Shown here: piece after piece, positions 20,568 to 31,050 of the stretch | How positions within the stretch are numbered: position 1 is the first letter of the stretch | Layout of the letters: each line of letters opens with the position of its first letter | DNA from: Pasteurella multocida | GTDB taxonomy: Bacteria > Pseudomonadota > Gammaproteobacteria > Enterobacterales > Pasteurellaceae | Direction of reading: 5' to 3' | Length of the DNA: 32,000 nt | Assembly (NCBI RefSeq): GCF_900187275.1 | Contig: NZ_LT906458.1 | Location: 1,050,001-1,082,000, forward strand | Position numbers and translations under genes: made by a program | The notes under the pieces: generated by a model | Told to the model about the DNA's origin: nothing | The model's database searches: none | What the model saw: the letters and a program-made list of their open reading frames with translations, nothing else

Positions 20568-23199
20568 CACGCAGGCACAAACACATAGCACAATACCTGC
20601 TCATTTAAAACAAGTCAGACGTATTTCACCTTTTTGGTTACTGCCTTTTGTTGCCCTTTGTATTGGTGCAATCTTATTTTTCCAAATCATCCAAGAACAA
20701 GGACATACCATTCGCATCACTTTTGCCAATGGTGAAGGACTGGTCGCAGGAAAAACGCAAGTTCGTTACCAAGGTTTACAAATCGGGGTTGTTAAGAAAG
20801 TCAACTTTACGAAAGACTTAAAGCAGGTTGAAGTAGTAGCTAACATTTATCCTGAAGCCAAGACTGTATTACGTAAGAACACAAAATTTTGGTTGGTCAA
20901 ACCCAGTGCGTCTTTAGCTGGTATTTCAGGCATAGATGCGCTCGTTTCTGGTAACTATATTACTTTGCAACCCGGTGATGGGGAAAATGAAGATGAATTT
21001 ATCGCCGAAACAGAAGGACCAATCGCCCAAGTGGATGATGGCGATTTATTAGTGCACTTACTTGCCGATGATCTTGGGTCAATTTCCATTGGCGCATCAG
21101 TCTATTTTAAAAAGTTACCGGTTGGGAAAGTGTATGATTATCGCTTTGTTGAAGACGGTAAAAAAGTCTCAATTAACATTGTGGTTGATAAGGCCTATGC
21201 ACATTTTGTCAAGAAAGACAGCCACTTCTGGAATATTAGCGGGATCGATGCACAAATTGGTCTATCCGGCATTAACATTAACGTAGATAGCCTCAATGCG
21301 ATTGTACAAGGTGCGGTCGCCTTTGACTCGCCGGCAAATAGCGAACAAGCCGAAAGCCATGACAAATTCACACTTTATGCTAATTTTAATGCGGCTAAAC
21401 GCGGTATCGTCATTGACGTCAATATTCCTCATACCACGGGCTTACAAACAGGACAAACTGGGGTTTATCATCAAAACAAACAAATTGGTGTGCTATCTGA
21501 ATTAACCTCTGTTGAAGATCAACCTGCTTTATTACAAGGTAAGCTCTTAATTGACCCCATGTTATCGGAATTATTCACGAGCAAAACGCATATTGTCTTA
21601 CGCAATAAAAAACCGGGCTTAGCGGATCTAACGAATCTTCCACAACTTCTTCGTGGTGAATATTTTGAAATACTTGCGGCAGCAGGCGAACCTCAAACCG
21701 CCTTCACAGTAATTAAAGAAAATGAGCTTTTATTGCAACAACCTAATACTTTGGTTCTCACTTTAAGCGCACCGGAAACCTACGGGGTCAGTGAAGGACA
21801 AGCTGTCTATTATAACGATGTCACTATAGGTGAAATTATTCAACAAGATCTCAATGTTGATGGTGTGAATTTCAAAGTGGCTATTGCAGAAAAATATCGT
21901 CATCTGATTCATCAAGATAGTCAGTTTATTGCAGCATCCCAATTGGATATCAACATCGATGCGAATGGTTTACGTTTTGAAGCGGCTTCACCAGAAAAAT
22001 GGCTACAAGGAGGAGTGCGTGTACTCGCAGGCAAACAAAAAGAAGGACAGCCTCTTACCCACTATCCATTGTATAAAGATATCTCTCATGCGCAGGTCGG
22101 CATTACCGATGCCAATTTAACACCGACACTGACCTTAAGCTCAGAGAGATTACCCAATATCAATGCGGGCTCCGTCGTATTATATCGCCAATATGAAGTC
22201 GGTAAGATTTTAGATGTCCGACCAAAAGCCAATACATTTGAGGTCGATGTTTTTATTTATCCAAAATATCAAACATTATTGACCCATAAAAGTGTCTTCT
22301 GGGTAGAAAGTGCTGCGAAAGTCGATATCAGTACACAGGGGGTAAGTATTCAGGCGACCCCAATTTCACGCGCTTTAAAAGGCGCAATCAGCTTTGATAA
22401 TATCGGGCATACTGGCTCGAAAACACTTTATCCAAATGAGTTACGGGCGAAATCTGCTGGACAACAACTAACGTTTATTACCGAAGATGCGACGAATTTA
22501 AGTCAAGGTATGCCGTTACGCTATCTTGGTCTCAATATCGGTGAAATCGCCACAGTAAACTTGGATACGAAAAGTAATAAAGTGATCGCAAAAGCGTTGA
22601 TTAACCCACAATACATGTCATTGATCGCCAAAGAAGGCAGCCGTTTTACGTTGATATCTCCTCAAATTTCTGCGGCGAGCATTGAAAACTTAGAGAGTTT
22701 ACTCCAACCCTATATTGATGTTGAAATCGGTCAAGGCAAAGGAAAAACACAGTTTACATTGGTACAATCTGCTCCTCGTAGCAATAATAAATATACCCAA
22801 GGCTTGCCATTGGTGTTAGAAACCCATGATGCGTTGAATATTACCGTAGGCTCACCGATCCTCTATCGTGGCGTTGAGGTAGGAAAAATCAACCATATCA
22901 CGTTAAATGAACTCGGTGATCGTGTCTTTGTGCATATTATTATTGCGCGAAAATACCAGCATCTTGTCCGTCAAAATTCAGAATTTTGGATTGCCGCTGG
23001 CTATGATTTTAATTTCAGTTTACGCGGTGCAGAAGTCAATACAGGATCAGTACAACAATTATTAAAAGGTGGAATTGCTTTTTCTACACCCGCGAGCACA
23101 GTGATTCAACCTGTCGCAAAAGCAAATCAACATTTTTTACTGCAAGTAAAACGTCCTCAAGATGCGCAACAATGGAATTCGGGTGCCTTACCAAAATAA
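20545..23199 (+). CDS. letB: MCE-domain lipid-transport tunnel protein (YebT/LetB-like) with seven MCE repeats
   Basis: RRISPFWLLPFVALCIGAILFF anchor, then seven repeat units of the form ...G..V.Y.G..IG.V... read by eye; overlaps the 3' end of the pqiA-like gene. Start 20518 or 20545. Confidence 0.87.
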   Translation: MTNKQHDNTQAQTHSTIPAHLKQVRRISPFWLLPFVALCIGAILFFQIIQEQGHTIRITFANGEGLVAGKTQVRYQGLQIGVVKKVNFTKDLKQVEVVANIYPEAKTVLRKNTKFWLVKPSASLAGISGIDALVSGNYITLQPGDGENEDEFIAETEGPIAQVDDGDLLVHLLADDLGSISIGASVYFKKLPVGKVYDYRFVEDGKKVSINIVVDKAYAHFVKKDSHFWNISGIDAQIGLSGININVDSLNAIVQGAVAFDSPANSEQAESHDKFTLYANFNAAKRGIVIDVNIPHTTGLQTGQTGVYHQNKQIGVLSELTSVEDQPALLQGKLLIDPMLSELFTSKTHIVLRNKKPGLADLTNLPQLLRGEYFEILAAAGEPQTAFTVIKENELLLQQPNTLVLTLSAPETYGVSEGQAVYYNDVTIGEIIQQDLNVDGVNFKVAIAEKYRHLIHQDSQFIAASQLDINIDANGLRFEAASPEKWLQGGVRVLAGKQKEGQPLTHYPLYKDISHAQVGITDANLTPTLTLSSERLPNINAGSVVLYRQYEVGKILDVRPKANTFEVDVFIYPKYQTLLTHKSVFWVESAAKVDISTQGVSIQATPISRALKGAISFDNIGHTGSKTLYPNELRAKSAGQQLTFITEDATNLSQGMPLRYLGLNIGEIATVNLDTKSNKVIAKALINPQYMSLIAKEGSRFTLISPQISAASIENLESLLQPYIDVEIGQGKGKTQFTLVQSAPRSNNKYTQGLPLVLETHDALNITVGSPILYRGVEVGKINHITLNELGDRVFVHIIIARKYQHLVRQNSEFWIAAGYDFNFSLRGAEVNTGSVQQLLKGGIAFSTPASTVIQPVAKANQHFLLQVKRPQDAQQWNSGALPK

Positions 23200-23208
23200 A
23201 CGAAAAAA

Positions 23209-23238
23209 ATACCGCACTTTTATCCTCAAGTGCGGTAT
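23209..23238. terminator. USS-dyad bidirectional terminator between letB-like gene and pepT
   Basis: ATACCGCACTT (23209-23219) / AAGTGCGGTAT (23228-23238), 8-nt loop. Confidence 0.75.
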
Positions 23239-23265
23239 GTTTATCTGTAATTTTTTCTGATCTAT

Positions 23266-24504
23266 TTAGCTTGTCGCCAGTCTGACAATCGTCGTTATCA
23301 CATTGACGGCACTTTGCATCCCCTCCAAAGTAATTAACTCATGTTTACTGTGAAAATTATATCCCCCCGTAAACACATTTGGGCAAGCTAATCCCTGTTC
23401 CGCTAACCAAGCGCCATCGGTGCCCCCACGAATTGCTTTATGAATCGGCTCAATGCCACATTCTCGCATCGCGCTATCCGCCAATTCAACGGATTGTGGC
23501 ACGGTTTTCACGACTTCATTCATGTTCTTATAACTGTCTTTAATTTCAAGTGTGATTGGCTTTTTTAAACGTTTTTGTTGATTAAACCGGTCAACAAGCT
23601 GCTGAATAAAAATTTTACGTTGCTCAAATCCGCCCCTGTCGAAATCCCGAATTAAATACTGCAATTCCACTTTTTCCACATGTCCGGTAAAGTGACTAAG
23701 ATGGTAAAACCCCTGTTTCCCTTCTGTTTGCTCTGGTGTTTCCTCTGCTGGAAAACCTTGCTGAAATTCACAAGCAAGCGTAAGCGCATTAATCATTTTG
23801 TCTTTTGCCGATCCTGTGTGCATATTTACACCTTCAATCGTCACAATCGCCGTCGCGGCATTAAAGTTTTCATACTCTAATTCGCCGACTTCACCACCAT
23901 CAATAGTATAAGCCCAATCGCACGGAAATTTTTCTACAGGAAAAAATTGCATCCCCAAACCAATTTCTTCATCCGGCGTAAAGGCAACACGAATGTTACA
24001 ATGCGGTAAATTTTCTTCTTTTAATACCGCAAGTGCGGTCATAATTTCTGCAATACCAGCTTTATTATCCGCACCTAGTAAAGTATTGCCATCAGCAACC
24101 ACTAACGTTTTCCCAATCAGTTGATGTAAAAATTGATAATGCGCAGGGCTAATAAACTCCTCGCCCACCCCTAGCGCAATATCGCCACCACGGTAATTTT
24201 CAATCACTTCGGCTTGCACATTTTTACCGCTACATTGTGTTGCTGTATCTAAATGCGCAATGAAACCAATGGTTGGCGAATCTGGATTGACATTGGAAGG
24301 AAGAAAAGCTGTCACAACGGAATGTTTAGAGATGTCAATATCTTGTAAACCGAGGGCGAATAATTCCTGTTGTAAATGCTTGGCAAGCTTTAATTGTCCC
24401 GCTGAGCTCGGGGATATTTTCGCCCCGCTTTTCGACTGGGTATCATAGGTGGTATAGTGTAAAAAGCGTTCTAATAGCTTATAGGTTTGCTGTTGGTTTA
24501 ACAT
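23266..24504 (-). CDS. pepT: Peptidase T (tripeptide aminopeptidase)
   Basis: 412 aa; FIAHLDTATQCSGK, GNTLLGADNKAGIAEIMTAL, FTPDEEIGLG, RGGTDGAWLAEQGLACPNVFTGGYNFHSKHE. Confidence 0.96.
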   Translation of the reverse strand: MLNQQQTYKLLERFLHYTTYDTQSKSGAKISPSSAGQLKLAKHLQQELFALGLQDIDISKHSVVTAFLPSNVNPDSPTIGFIAHLDTATQCSGKNVQAEVIENYRGGDIALGVGEEFISPAHYQFLHQLIGKTLVVADGNTLLGADNKAGIAEIMTALAVLKEENLPHCNIRVAFTPDEEIGLGMQFFPVEKFPCDWAYTIDGGEVGELEYENFNAATAIVTIEGVNMHTGSAKDKMINALTLACEFQQGFPAEETPEQTEGKQGFYHLSHFTGHVEKVELQYLIRDFDRGGFEQRKIFIQQLVDRFNQQKRLKKPITLEIKDSYKNMNEVVKTVPQSVELADSAMRECGIEPIHKAIRGGTDGAWLAEQGLACPNVFTGGYNFHSKHELITLEGMQSAVNVITTIVRLATS

Positions 24505-24752
24505 AAAACTGGCTCGCTGATAAAAGAATGGTTTCAGTCTAACGACAAATCATCTGAGCTTCATTGACATATCACAACTTTTCGCTTTAATTTTGTGAAA
24601 ACCCTAGCTTTCTTATACAAGCCTAAAACACTCGCTACACAACACCACATCTCATAAAAAATCATGTCACACTCTCTTTTAAATTTTTTACAAAATCCCT
24701 TTTATTTATTGAACAATAGCTATATCATTAGCATTTATTTTTTAACCGTAAG

Positions 24753-24775
24753 TGCCAACAGCTTTTCTGTTGGCA
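24753..24775 (+). promoter_or_regulatory. Stem-loop in the presumed potA leader
   Basis: TGCCAACAG (24753-24761) ctttt CTGTTGGCA (24767-24775), then TTTATTTCT. No plus-strand gene ends nearby. Confidence 0.45.
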
Positions 24776-24827
24776 TTTATTTCTACTCAATACCAAAATT
24801 GGTACATTAGGGAGAAAACCAAAGCTA

Positions 24828-25940
24828 GTGGAAAGTTCAGTTCAAAACAAGCCTATTATTGAGCTTCGTTCTATTACTAAATCTTATGGTGATAAAACTA
24901 TCATTGAAAACTTTAACTTAACAATCAACAATGGTGAGTTTTTAACCATTCTTGGTCCTTCAGGTTGTGGTAAATCGACAGTTTTACGTTTACTTGCAGG
25001 GTTAGAAGAATTAGATTCAGGCAATATTATTCTTGACGGAGAGGACATTACTCATGTCCCTGCAGAACAGCGTCACGTCAATACTGTTTTCCAAAGTTAT
25101 GCCTTATTCCCACATATGACAATTTTTGAAAATGTGGCATTTGGCTTACGCATGCAAAAAGTACCGAATGAGGAAATTAAACCTCGCGTGTTAGAAGCAT
25201 TACGTATGGTACAACTTGAAGAATATGCGTACAGTAAACCTGCTCAATTATCAGGTGGTCAACAACAACGTATTGCCATTGCGCGTGCGGTGGTTAACAA
25301 ACCGAAAGTGTTGCTACTGGATGAATCCCTTTCCGCATTAGATTATAAATTGCGTAAACAAATGCAAAATGAATTAAAGGCATTGCAACGCAAATTGGGC
25401 ATTACCTTTATTTTTGTGACTCACGATCAAGAAGAAGCTCTTACGATGTCTGATCGTATTATTGTGTTACGTAAAGGTCATATCCAACAAGATGGTTCCC
25501 CGCGTGAAATTTATGAAGAGCCAAAAAATCTGTTTGTTGCCAAATTTATTGGTGAAATCAATATCTTCAATGCAACGGTATTAACGCGTGTCGATGAGAA
25601 ACGTGTTCGCGCCAATGTGGAAGGACGCGTTTGCGATATTTATACCAATCTTGATGTTGTTGCTGAGCAAAAACTCAAAGTTTTATTACGCCCGGAAGAT
25701 ATCTTAATTGAAGAATTGGATGAAAACCAAAGTTCAAAAGCGATTATTGGTCACGTGGCAGATCGTAACTATAAAGGAATGACGTTAGAATCAAACATCA
25801 CGCTAGACCATAATGGAATGACCGTGCTTGTTAGCGAATTCTTTAACGAAGACGATCCAAATATCGATCACTCTTTAGGTCAAAAAGTGGCATTAACATG
25901 GCACGAAGGCTGGGAGGTAGTGTTGAGCGATGAAGAATAA
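24828..25940 (+). CDS. potA: Spermidine/putrescine ABC transporter ATP-binding protein
   Basis: Walker [10 protein letters not shown], signature [14 protein letters not shown], Walker [13 protein letters not shown] (Q-loop [11 protein letters not shown]); 370 aa. The track's initial codon at 24828 is GTG. Confidence 0.95.
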   Translation: MESSVQNKPIIELRSITKSYGDKTIIENFNLTINNGEFLTILGPSGCGKSTVLRLLAGLEELDSGNIILDGEDITHVPAEQRHVNTVFQSYALFPHMTIFENVAFGLRMQKVPNEEIKPRVLEALRMVQLEEYAYSKPAQLSGGQQQRIAIARAVVNKPKVLLLDESLSALDYKLRKQMQNELKALQRKLGITFIFVTHDQEEALTMSDRIIVLRKGHIQQDGSPREIYEEPKNLFVAKFIGEINIFNATVLTRVDEKRVRANVEGRVCDIYTNLDVVAEQKLKVLLRPEDILIEELDENQSSKAIIGHVADRNYKGMTLESNITLDHNGMTVLVSEFFNEDDPNIDHSLGQKVALTWHEGWEVVLSDEE

Positions 25941-26784
25941 CGCCTTTCAGAAATCAACCATTGGTGTCATCTTCGGGTGGTTGATTTTCTTTGTTCTTGC
26001 GCCAAACTTACTTGTGCTGATCGTGAGTTTTTTAACTCGCGATAGCAGTAATTTCTATGCGCTTCCTTTTACATTGGAAAACTATACACGCTTATTTGAG
26101 CCGCTATATGCGCAAGTGGTATGGAATTCCTTATATATGTCGGGTTTAGCCACCTTAGTGTGTCTGATTATCGGCTATCCTTTTGCCTTTTTATTAACCA
26201 AAATTAACCCGAAATACCGTCCATTTTTACTGTTTTTAGTGGTGTTACCTTTCTGGACCAACTCCCTAATTCGTATTTATGGTATGAAAATTTTCTTAGG
26301 GGTCAAAGGGATTTTAAATAGCACACTCATGTCCATTGGCTTAATTGATACGCCTATCCGTATTTTGAATACAGAAGTCGCGGTCATCATTGGTTTAGTG
26401 TATTTATTGCTGCCATTTATGATTTTGCCACTTTATGCCTCTATTGAAAAATTGGATTATCGCTTACTGGAAGCGGCAAAAGATCTGGGTGCTACTGCAT
26501 TCCAACGCTTTATCAAAGTGATTATTCCGCTCACGATGCCGGGTATTATCGCAGGTTGTTTATTAGTGCTTTTACCAGCCATGGGGATGTTCTATGTCGC
26601 TGATTTATTAGGCGGTGCCAAAGTCCTCTTAGTGGGTAACGTGATTAAGAGTGAATTCTTGATCTCACGTAACTGGCCGTTTGGTTCTGCAATCAGCATT
26701 GGATTAACTATCCTGATGGCATTACTGATCTTTGTTTACTACAAAGCCAGCAAATTAATGAATAAGAAAATGGAGTTGGAATAA
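25930..26784 (+). CDS. potB: Spermidine/putrescine ABC transporter permease
   Basis: ABC permease with [29 protein letters not shown] loop; overlaps potA by 11 nt. Confidence 0.95.
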   Translation: MKNNAFQKSTIGVIFGWLIFFVLAPNLLVLIVSFLTRDSSNFYALPFTLENYTRLFEPLYAQVVWNSLYMSGLATLVCLIIGYPFAFLLTKINPKYRPFLLFLVVLPFWTNSLIRIYGMKIFLGVKGILNSTLMSIGLIDTPIRILNTEVAVIIGLVYLLLPFMILPLYASIEKLDYRLLEAAKDLGATAFQRFIKVIIPLTMPGIIAGCLLVLLPAMGMFYVADLLGGAKVLLVGNVIKSEFLISRNWPFGSAISIGLTILMALLIFVYYKASKLMNKKMELE

Positions 26785-27551
26785 TGGGCCGTTTACTACG
26801 CAATATTTTTATGTTTGTGGTCTATGCTTATTTGTATATTCCAATTGCAATCTTAGTCACAAACTCGTTTAACGATGATCGTTATGGCTTAACCTGGAAA
26901 GGCTTTAGTTGGAAATGGTATGAGCGTTTGTTTAGCAACGATACCTTAATTCAAGCAGCCATTCACTCTATTACCATTGCTTTCTTTGCCGCGACAGCAG
27001 CAACGATTATTGGTGGATTGACCGCGATTGCGCTTTACCGCTATCGTTTCCGTGGTAAACAAGCAGTTAGTGGGATGCTATTTATCGTCATGATGTCTCC
27101 AGATATTGTCATGGCAGTCTCTTTACTGGCACTGTTTATGATTGTGGGAATTAACTTAGGTTTTTGGTCATTATTACTCGCCCATATTACCTTCTGTTTG
27201 CCTTACGTGGTCGTCACCATTTTCTCAAGATTAAAAGGGTTTGATGCCAAAATGCTAGAGGCTGCCAAAGATCTGGGGGCGGGCGAGGTGACAATTTTAC
27301 GTAAAATTATTTTCCCACTGGCGCTGCCAGCTATCGTTTCAGGTTGGTTATTGAGCTTTACTATCTCACTGGATGATGTAGTGGTCTCCTCATTCGTGAG
27401 TGGCGTCAGCTATGAGATTTTACCATTGAAAATTTTCTCTTTGGTCAAAACAGGTGTCACCCCAGAAGTCAATGCATTGGCAACCATTATGATTATTCTT
27501 TCATTAGCTTTAGTCATTTTGAGCCAAGTGGTTGCGAGAAAAGACAAATAA
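26784..27551 (+). CDS. potC: Spermidine/putrescine ABC transporter permease
   Basis: [29 protein letters not shown] loop; ATG overlaps the potB stop. Confidence 0.95.
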   Translation: MGRLLRNIFMFVVYAYLYIPIAILVTNSFNDDRYGLTWKGFSWKWYERLFSNDTLIQAAIHSITIAFFAATAATIIGGLTAIALYRYRFRGKQAVSGMLFIVMMSPDIVMAVSLLALFMIVGINLGFWSLLLAHITFCLPYVVVTIFSRLKGFDAKMLEAAKDLGAGEVTILRKIIFPLALPAIVSGWLLSFTISLDDVVVSSFVSGVSYEILPLKIFSLVKTGVTPEVNALATIMIILSLALVILSQVVARKDK

Positions 27552-27602
27552 ATGTTGTCTTAAAAAATAATACTTCACAAACAACCTAATACAAAATAGA
27601 AT

Positions 27603-27626
27603 ACGCCTTGCCTTAAAACAAGGCGT
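27603..27626 (+). terminator. Intrinsic-terminator-like hairpin between potC and potD
   Basis: ACGCCTTG (27603-27610) / CAAGGCGT (27619-27626) followed by TTTTTTT. Confidence 0.75.
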
Positions 27627-27680
27627 TTTTTTATGCTTCTTCAAGAAGAAATGATTACCCTCAACAGGAGAATGATAGAG

Positions 27681-28727
27681 ATGAAAAAATTTGCAGGTCT
27701 TGTGACTGCAGGGATCATGACATTCGGCTTAGCCGCAAATGCACATGCAACCAATGACACTGTTTACCTTTATACTTGGACAGAATACGTTCCAGATGGT
27801 TTATTAGATGACTTCACAAAAGAAACGGGCATCAAAGTTATCGTTTCAAGCTTAGAATCAAACGAAACCATGTACGCCAAATTAAAGACACAAGGCGAAA
27901 CCAGTGGTTATGATGTGATTGCACCATCAAACTATTTTGTGTCTAAAATGGCGCGTGAAGGTATGTTAAAAGAGCTAGACCACAGCAAATTACCTGTTAT
28001 CAAAGACTTAAACCCTGATTGGTTGGATAAGCCTTATGATAAAGGCAACAAATACTCCTTGCCTCAGCTATTAGGTGCACCGGGTATTGCATTTAATACC
28101 GATAGCTATAAAGGTGAAAACTTTACTGCTTGGGGTGATTTATGGAAACCTGAATTTAAAGGGAAAGTCCAATTATTAGATGACGCACGCGAAGTGTTTA
28201 ATATTGCACTGTTAAAATTGGGTCAAGATCCAAATACTACGGATCCCGCAATCATTAAACAAGCTTATGAAGAGCTGTTAAAATTACGTCCAAACGTATT
28301 GTCATTTAACTCAGATAACCCAGCGAACTCATTTATTTCAGGTGAGGTGGAAGTGGGTCAATTATGGAATGGCTCAGTCCGTATTGCGAAAAAAGAACAA
28401 GCGCCGTTAAACATGGTTTTCCCGAAAGAAGGTCCTGTACTTTGGGTGGATACCTTAGCTATTCCAGCTAACTCAAAAAATCCTGATGGTGCACACAAAT
28501 TAATTAACTATTTATTAAGTGCAAAAGTTGCTGCACAGTTAGCAGAAGAAATTGGTTACCCAACATCAAACTTAAAAGCACTTGAATTATTGCCAAGCGA
28601 AGTGACGCAAGATCCGGCAGTTTATCCAACGGCTGAAATTCTACAAAATAGCCACTGGCAAGATGATGTAGGTGATGCGGTTGAATTATACGAAAACTAT
28701 TATCAACAATTAAAAGCGGCTAAATAA
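27681..28727 (+). CDS. potD: Spermidine/putrescine-binding periplasmic protein, copy 1
   Basis: Signal peptide MKKFAGLVTAGIMTFGLAANAHA; VYLYTWTEYVPDGLLDDFTKETGIKV; LWVDTLAIP. ATG at 27681 with AGGAG upstream preferred over 27633. Confidence 0.93.
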   Translation: MKKFAGLVTAGIMTFGLAANAHATNDTVYLYTWTEYVPDGLLDDFTKETGIKVIVSSLESNETMYAKLKTQGETSGYDVIAPSNYFVSKMAREGMLKELDHSKLPVIKDLNPDWLDKPYDKGNKYSLPQLLGAPGIAFNTDSYKGENFTAWGDLWKPEFKGKVQLLDDAREVFNIALLKLGQDPNTTDPAIIKQAYEELLKLRPNVLSFNSDNPANSFISGEVEVGQLWNGSVRIAKKEQAPLNMVFPKEGPVLWVDTLAIPANSKNPDGAHKLINYLLSAKVAAQLAEEIGYPTSNLKALELLPSEVTQDPAVYPTAEILQNSHWQDDVGDAVELYENYYQQLKAAK

Positions 28728-28753
28728 TCGCGTTTTTATCATCCATAAACAGC

Positions 28754-28790
28754 AAGTGCGGTCAAAAAAATACAAATTTTGACCGCACTT
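28754..28790 (+). terminator. USS-dyad terminator downstream of potD copy 1
   Basis: Perfect 14-bp arms AAGTGCGGTCAAAA (28754-28767) / TTTTGACCGCACTT (28777-28790) followed by TTTT. Confidence 0.9.
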
Positions 28791-28985
28791 TTTTACTCTT
28801 TTATCTTATGCAATTCACTTCTCATGACATGCATTTTTAAGCAAAAATTTTATATAACAATTCATTTACAAGTGCGATTTTATGTCCTAAAATCCGTCTT
28901 TGTCCGTACCCATTCGGCATCTTCAGGTCAGTAAACGCCCTCGTTTTACTGGCATATTTTCACCCATTTTCTGGGAGCAATGTGA

Positions 28986-30032
28986 ATGAAAAAATTAACT
29001 GGCATTTTAACTGCTAGCGTGATGATGCTGGGCGTAAGCAACTATGCAAGCGCAGCTAACAATGAAGTTTACCTTTATACTTGGACTGAATATGTTCCTG
29101 AAGGTTTATTAGATGAATTTACCAAACAAACGGGAATTAAGGTCATTGTTTCAAGCCTTGAGTCAAACGAAACCATGTATGCCAAATTAAAAACTTTGGG
29201 GAAAGACGGTGGCTATGATGTGATTGCACCAACTAGCTATTTTGTGTCCAAAATGGCACGTGAAGGCATGCTAAAAGAGCTTGATCACAGTAAATTACCG
29301 GTCATTAAAGAGCTTGATCCAAATATGCTTGATCGCCCTTACGATAAAGGCAATAAATATTCATTACCACAACTCTTTGGTGCGACTGGCATTGCTTATA
29401 ATACCACCAACCAAGATCCAAGCCATTTCCAATCTTGGGGGGATTTATGGAATGCCGAATTCAAAGGGAAAGTACAAATGCTCGATGACCCTCGTGAACT
29501 GTTTAATATTGCTTTATTAAAAATGGGGAAAGATCCTAATACTCAAGATCCAGCAGTATTAAAAGAAGCCTATGAGGAATTATTAAAATTACGTCCAAAT
29601 ATTCTTTCTTTTAACTCGGATAACCCTGCCAGTACTTTTATTTCAGGTGAAACCGATATTGGCTTGCTGTGGAATGGTTCCATTCGTATCGCCAAAAATG
29701 AAGGGGCAACGGTAGAGATGATTTATCCAAAAGAAGGCACTATGTTATGGATAGATAATCTTGCTATCCCTTCCAATGCGAAAAATACGGAAAATGCTTA
29801 TAAGCTCATTAACTATTTATTGAGTGCGGATGTATCCGAAAAACTGACTTTAAATATCGGCTATCCAACCTCAAACCTTGAAGCGTTAAAACGCTTACCA
29901 AAAGAATTAACCGATGATCATGCAACGTTCTTAACACAAGAGGTTATTGATAGAAGCCAATGGCAAGTGGACGTAGATAATGCTATCTATTTGTATGAAG
30001 GGTATTATCAAAAGCTCAAAGCAGCAAAATAA
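28986..30032 (+). CDS. potD: Spermidine/putrescine-binding periplasmic protein, copy 2
   Basis: Signal peptide MKKLTGILTASVMMLGVSNYASA; VYLYTWTEYVPEGLLDEFTKQTGIKV; strongly similar along its length to the product of 27681-28727. Confidence 0.92.
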   Translation: MKKLTGILTASVMMLGVSNYASAANNEVYLYTWTEYVPEGLLDEFTKQTGIKVIVSSLESNETMYAKLKTLGKDGGYDVIAPTSYFVSKMAREGMLKELDHSKLPVIKELDPNMLDRPYDKGNKYSLPQLFGATGIAYNTTNQDPSHFQSWGDLWNAEFKGKVQMLDDPRELFNIALLKMGKDPNTQDPAVLKEAYEELLKLRPNILSFNSDNPASTFISGETDIGLLWNGSIRIAKNEGATVEMIYPKEGTMLWIDNLAIPSNAKNTENAYKLINYLLSADVSEKLTLNIGYPTSNLEALKRLPKELTDDHATFLTQEVIDRSQWQVDVDNAIYLYEGYYQKLKAAK

Positions 30033-30058
30033 TTTACTATCGATTTGATTTGTATCAT

Positions 30059-30087
30059 AAAAAGATCTTCTGAATGAAGATCTTTTT
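30059..30087 (+). terminator. Terminator downstream of potD copy 2
   Basis: AAAAAGATCTTC (30059-30070) tgaat GAAGATCTTTTT (30076-30087) plus T-tract. Confidence 0.9.
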
Positions 30088-30136
30088 TTTCTGTTGCATT
30101 AAGATGAGGTCATGCATGATGAGAAGGAGAAACATA

Positions 30137-31030
30137 ATGATCCCAATTTCAGAGAAAATCCGAAAAACACTCTCACTAATTGAGTCCCAACAATTAGCAC
30201 AAGATGTATGGCATATTTTGCAAGAACAACATTTTAAAGGCATGTTACCTTATTTTACGGTTGAACATCTTTGTACTAAACATCAGCTTACACCACAACA
30301 ACTCGCACTTAAGCTCTTACCAATTGCAGCTGCTTACTCTCTCGCTCCAATTTCCCAATTTCATGTTGGGGCTATTGCGATTGGACAACGTGGTGCATAT
30401 TATTTCGGTGCGAATTTAGAGTTTGCCTCGACCCATATTCAACAAACCGTCCATGCTGAACAAAGTGCGATTTCTCATGCTTGGATGAATCACGAAAGTG
30501 CAATTACCGATGTGGTCGTCAACTATACGCCATGTGGCCATTGTCGCCAATTTATGAATGAATTAAAAACCGCCCCGCAGTTAAAAATTCATTTACCACA
30601 CAGTCAAAATAACTTATTACATAGCTATTTACCTGATGCATTTGGTCCGGCTGATTTGGATATTCAGCACTTTTTATTAGATGCACAAGATAACCAGCTT
30701 GCATATGAAACGCAAGATCCTGTCATGTTGACTGCACTTGAATGTGCCAATGCCGCACATGCACCTTATTCGAAGTCATATCACGGCATCGCTATTGAAA
30801 CAAAAGATAAACAAATTTATCGCGGCAGTTATGCGGAAAATGCCGCATTTAACCCAAGTTTACCAGCATTACAGGTCGCACTAAATCACCTTTTACTCAG
30901 TGGTGATACCTTACAAAACATCCAACGTATTGTCATGATCGAAAAAGCAAATCACTTATGCTATCGCCATATGGCTGAAGATTTAGTTGCCAACCTCGTT
31001 GATATCCCACTTGATTATATTGCGCTGTAA
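30137..31030 (+). CDS. cdd: Cytidine deaminase
   Basis: Zinc motif HAEQSAI...[13 protein letters not shown] and a second degenerate deaminase domain as in the long enterobacterial form; AAGGAGA ribosome-binding site before the ATG at 30137. Confidence 0.94.
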   Translation: MIPISEKIRKTLSLIESQQLAQDVWHILQEQHFKGMLPYFTVEHLCTKHQLTPQQLALKLLPIAAAYSLAPISQFHVGAIAIGQRGAYYFGANLEFASTHIQQTVHAEQSAISHAWMNHESAITDVVVNYTPCGHCRQFMNELKTAPQLKIHLPHSQNNLLHSYLPDAFGPADLDIQHFLLDAQDNQLAYETQDPVMLTALECANAAHAPYSKSYHGIAIETKDKQIYRGSYAENAAFNPSLPALQVALNHLLLSGDTLQNIQRIVMIEKANHLCYRHMAEDLVANLVDIPLDYIAL

Positions 31031-31050
31031 ACCACACAAAAATAGAATGA

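Noticed and set aside
20545-23199. Internal repetitiveness of the long plus-strand ORF as a possible novel repeat protein or adhesin
   Set aside because: The repeats are MCE domains in a YebT/LetB-like protein next to a PqiA-like gene, a known architecture.
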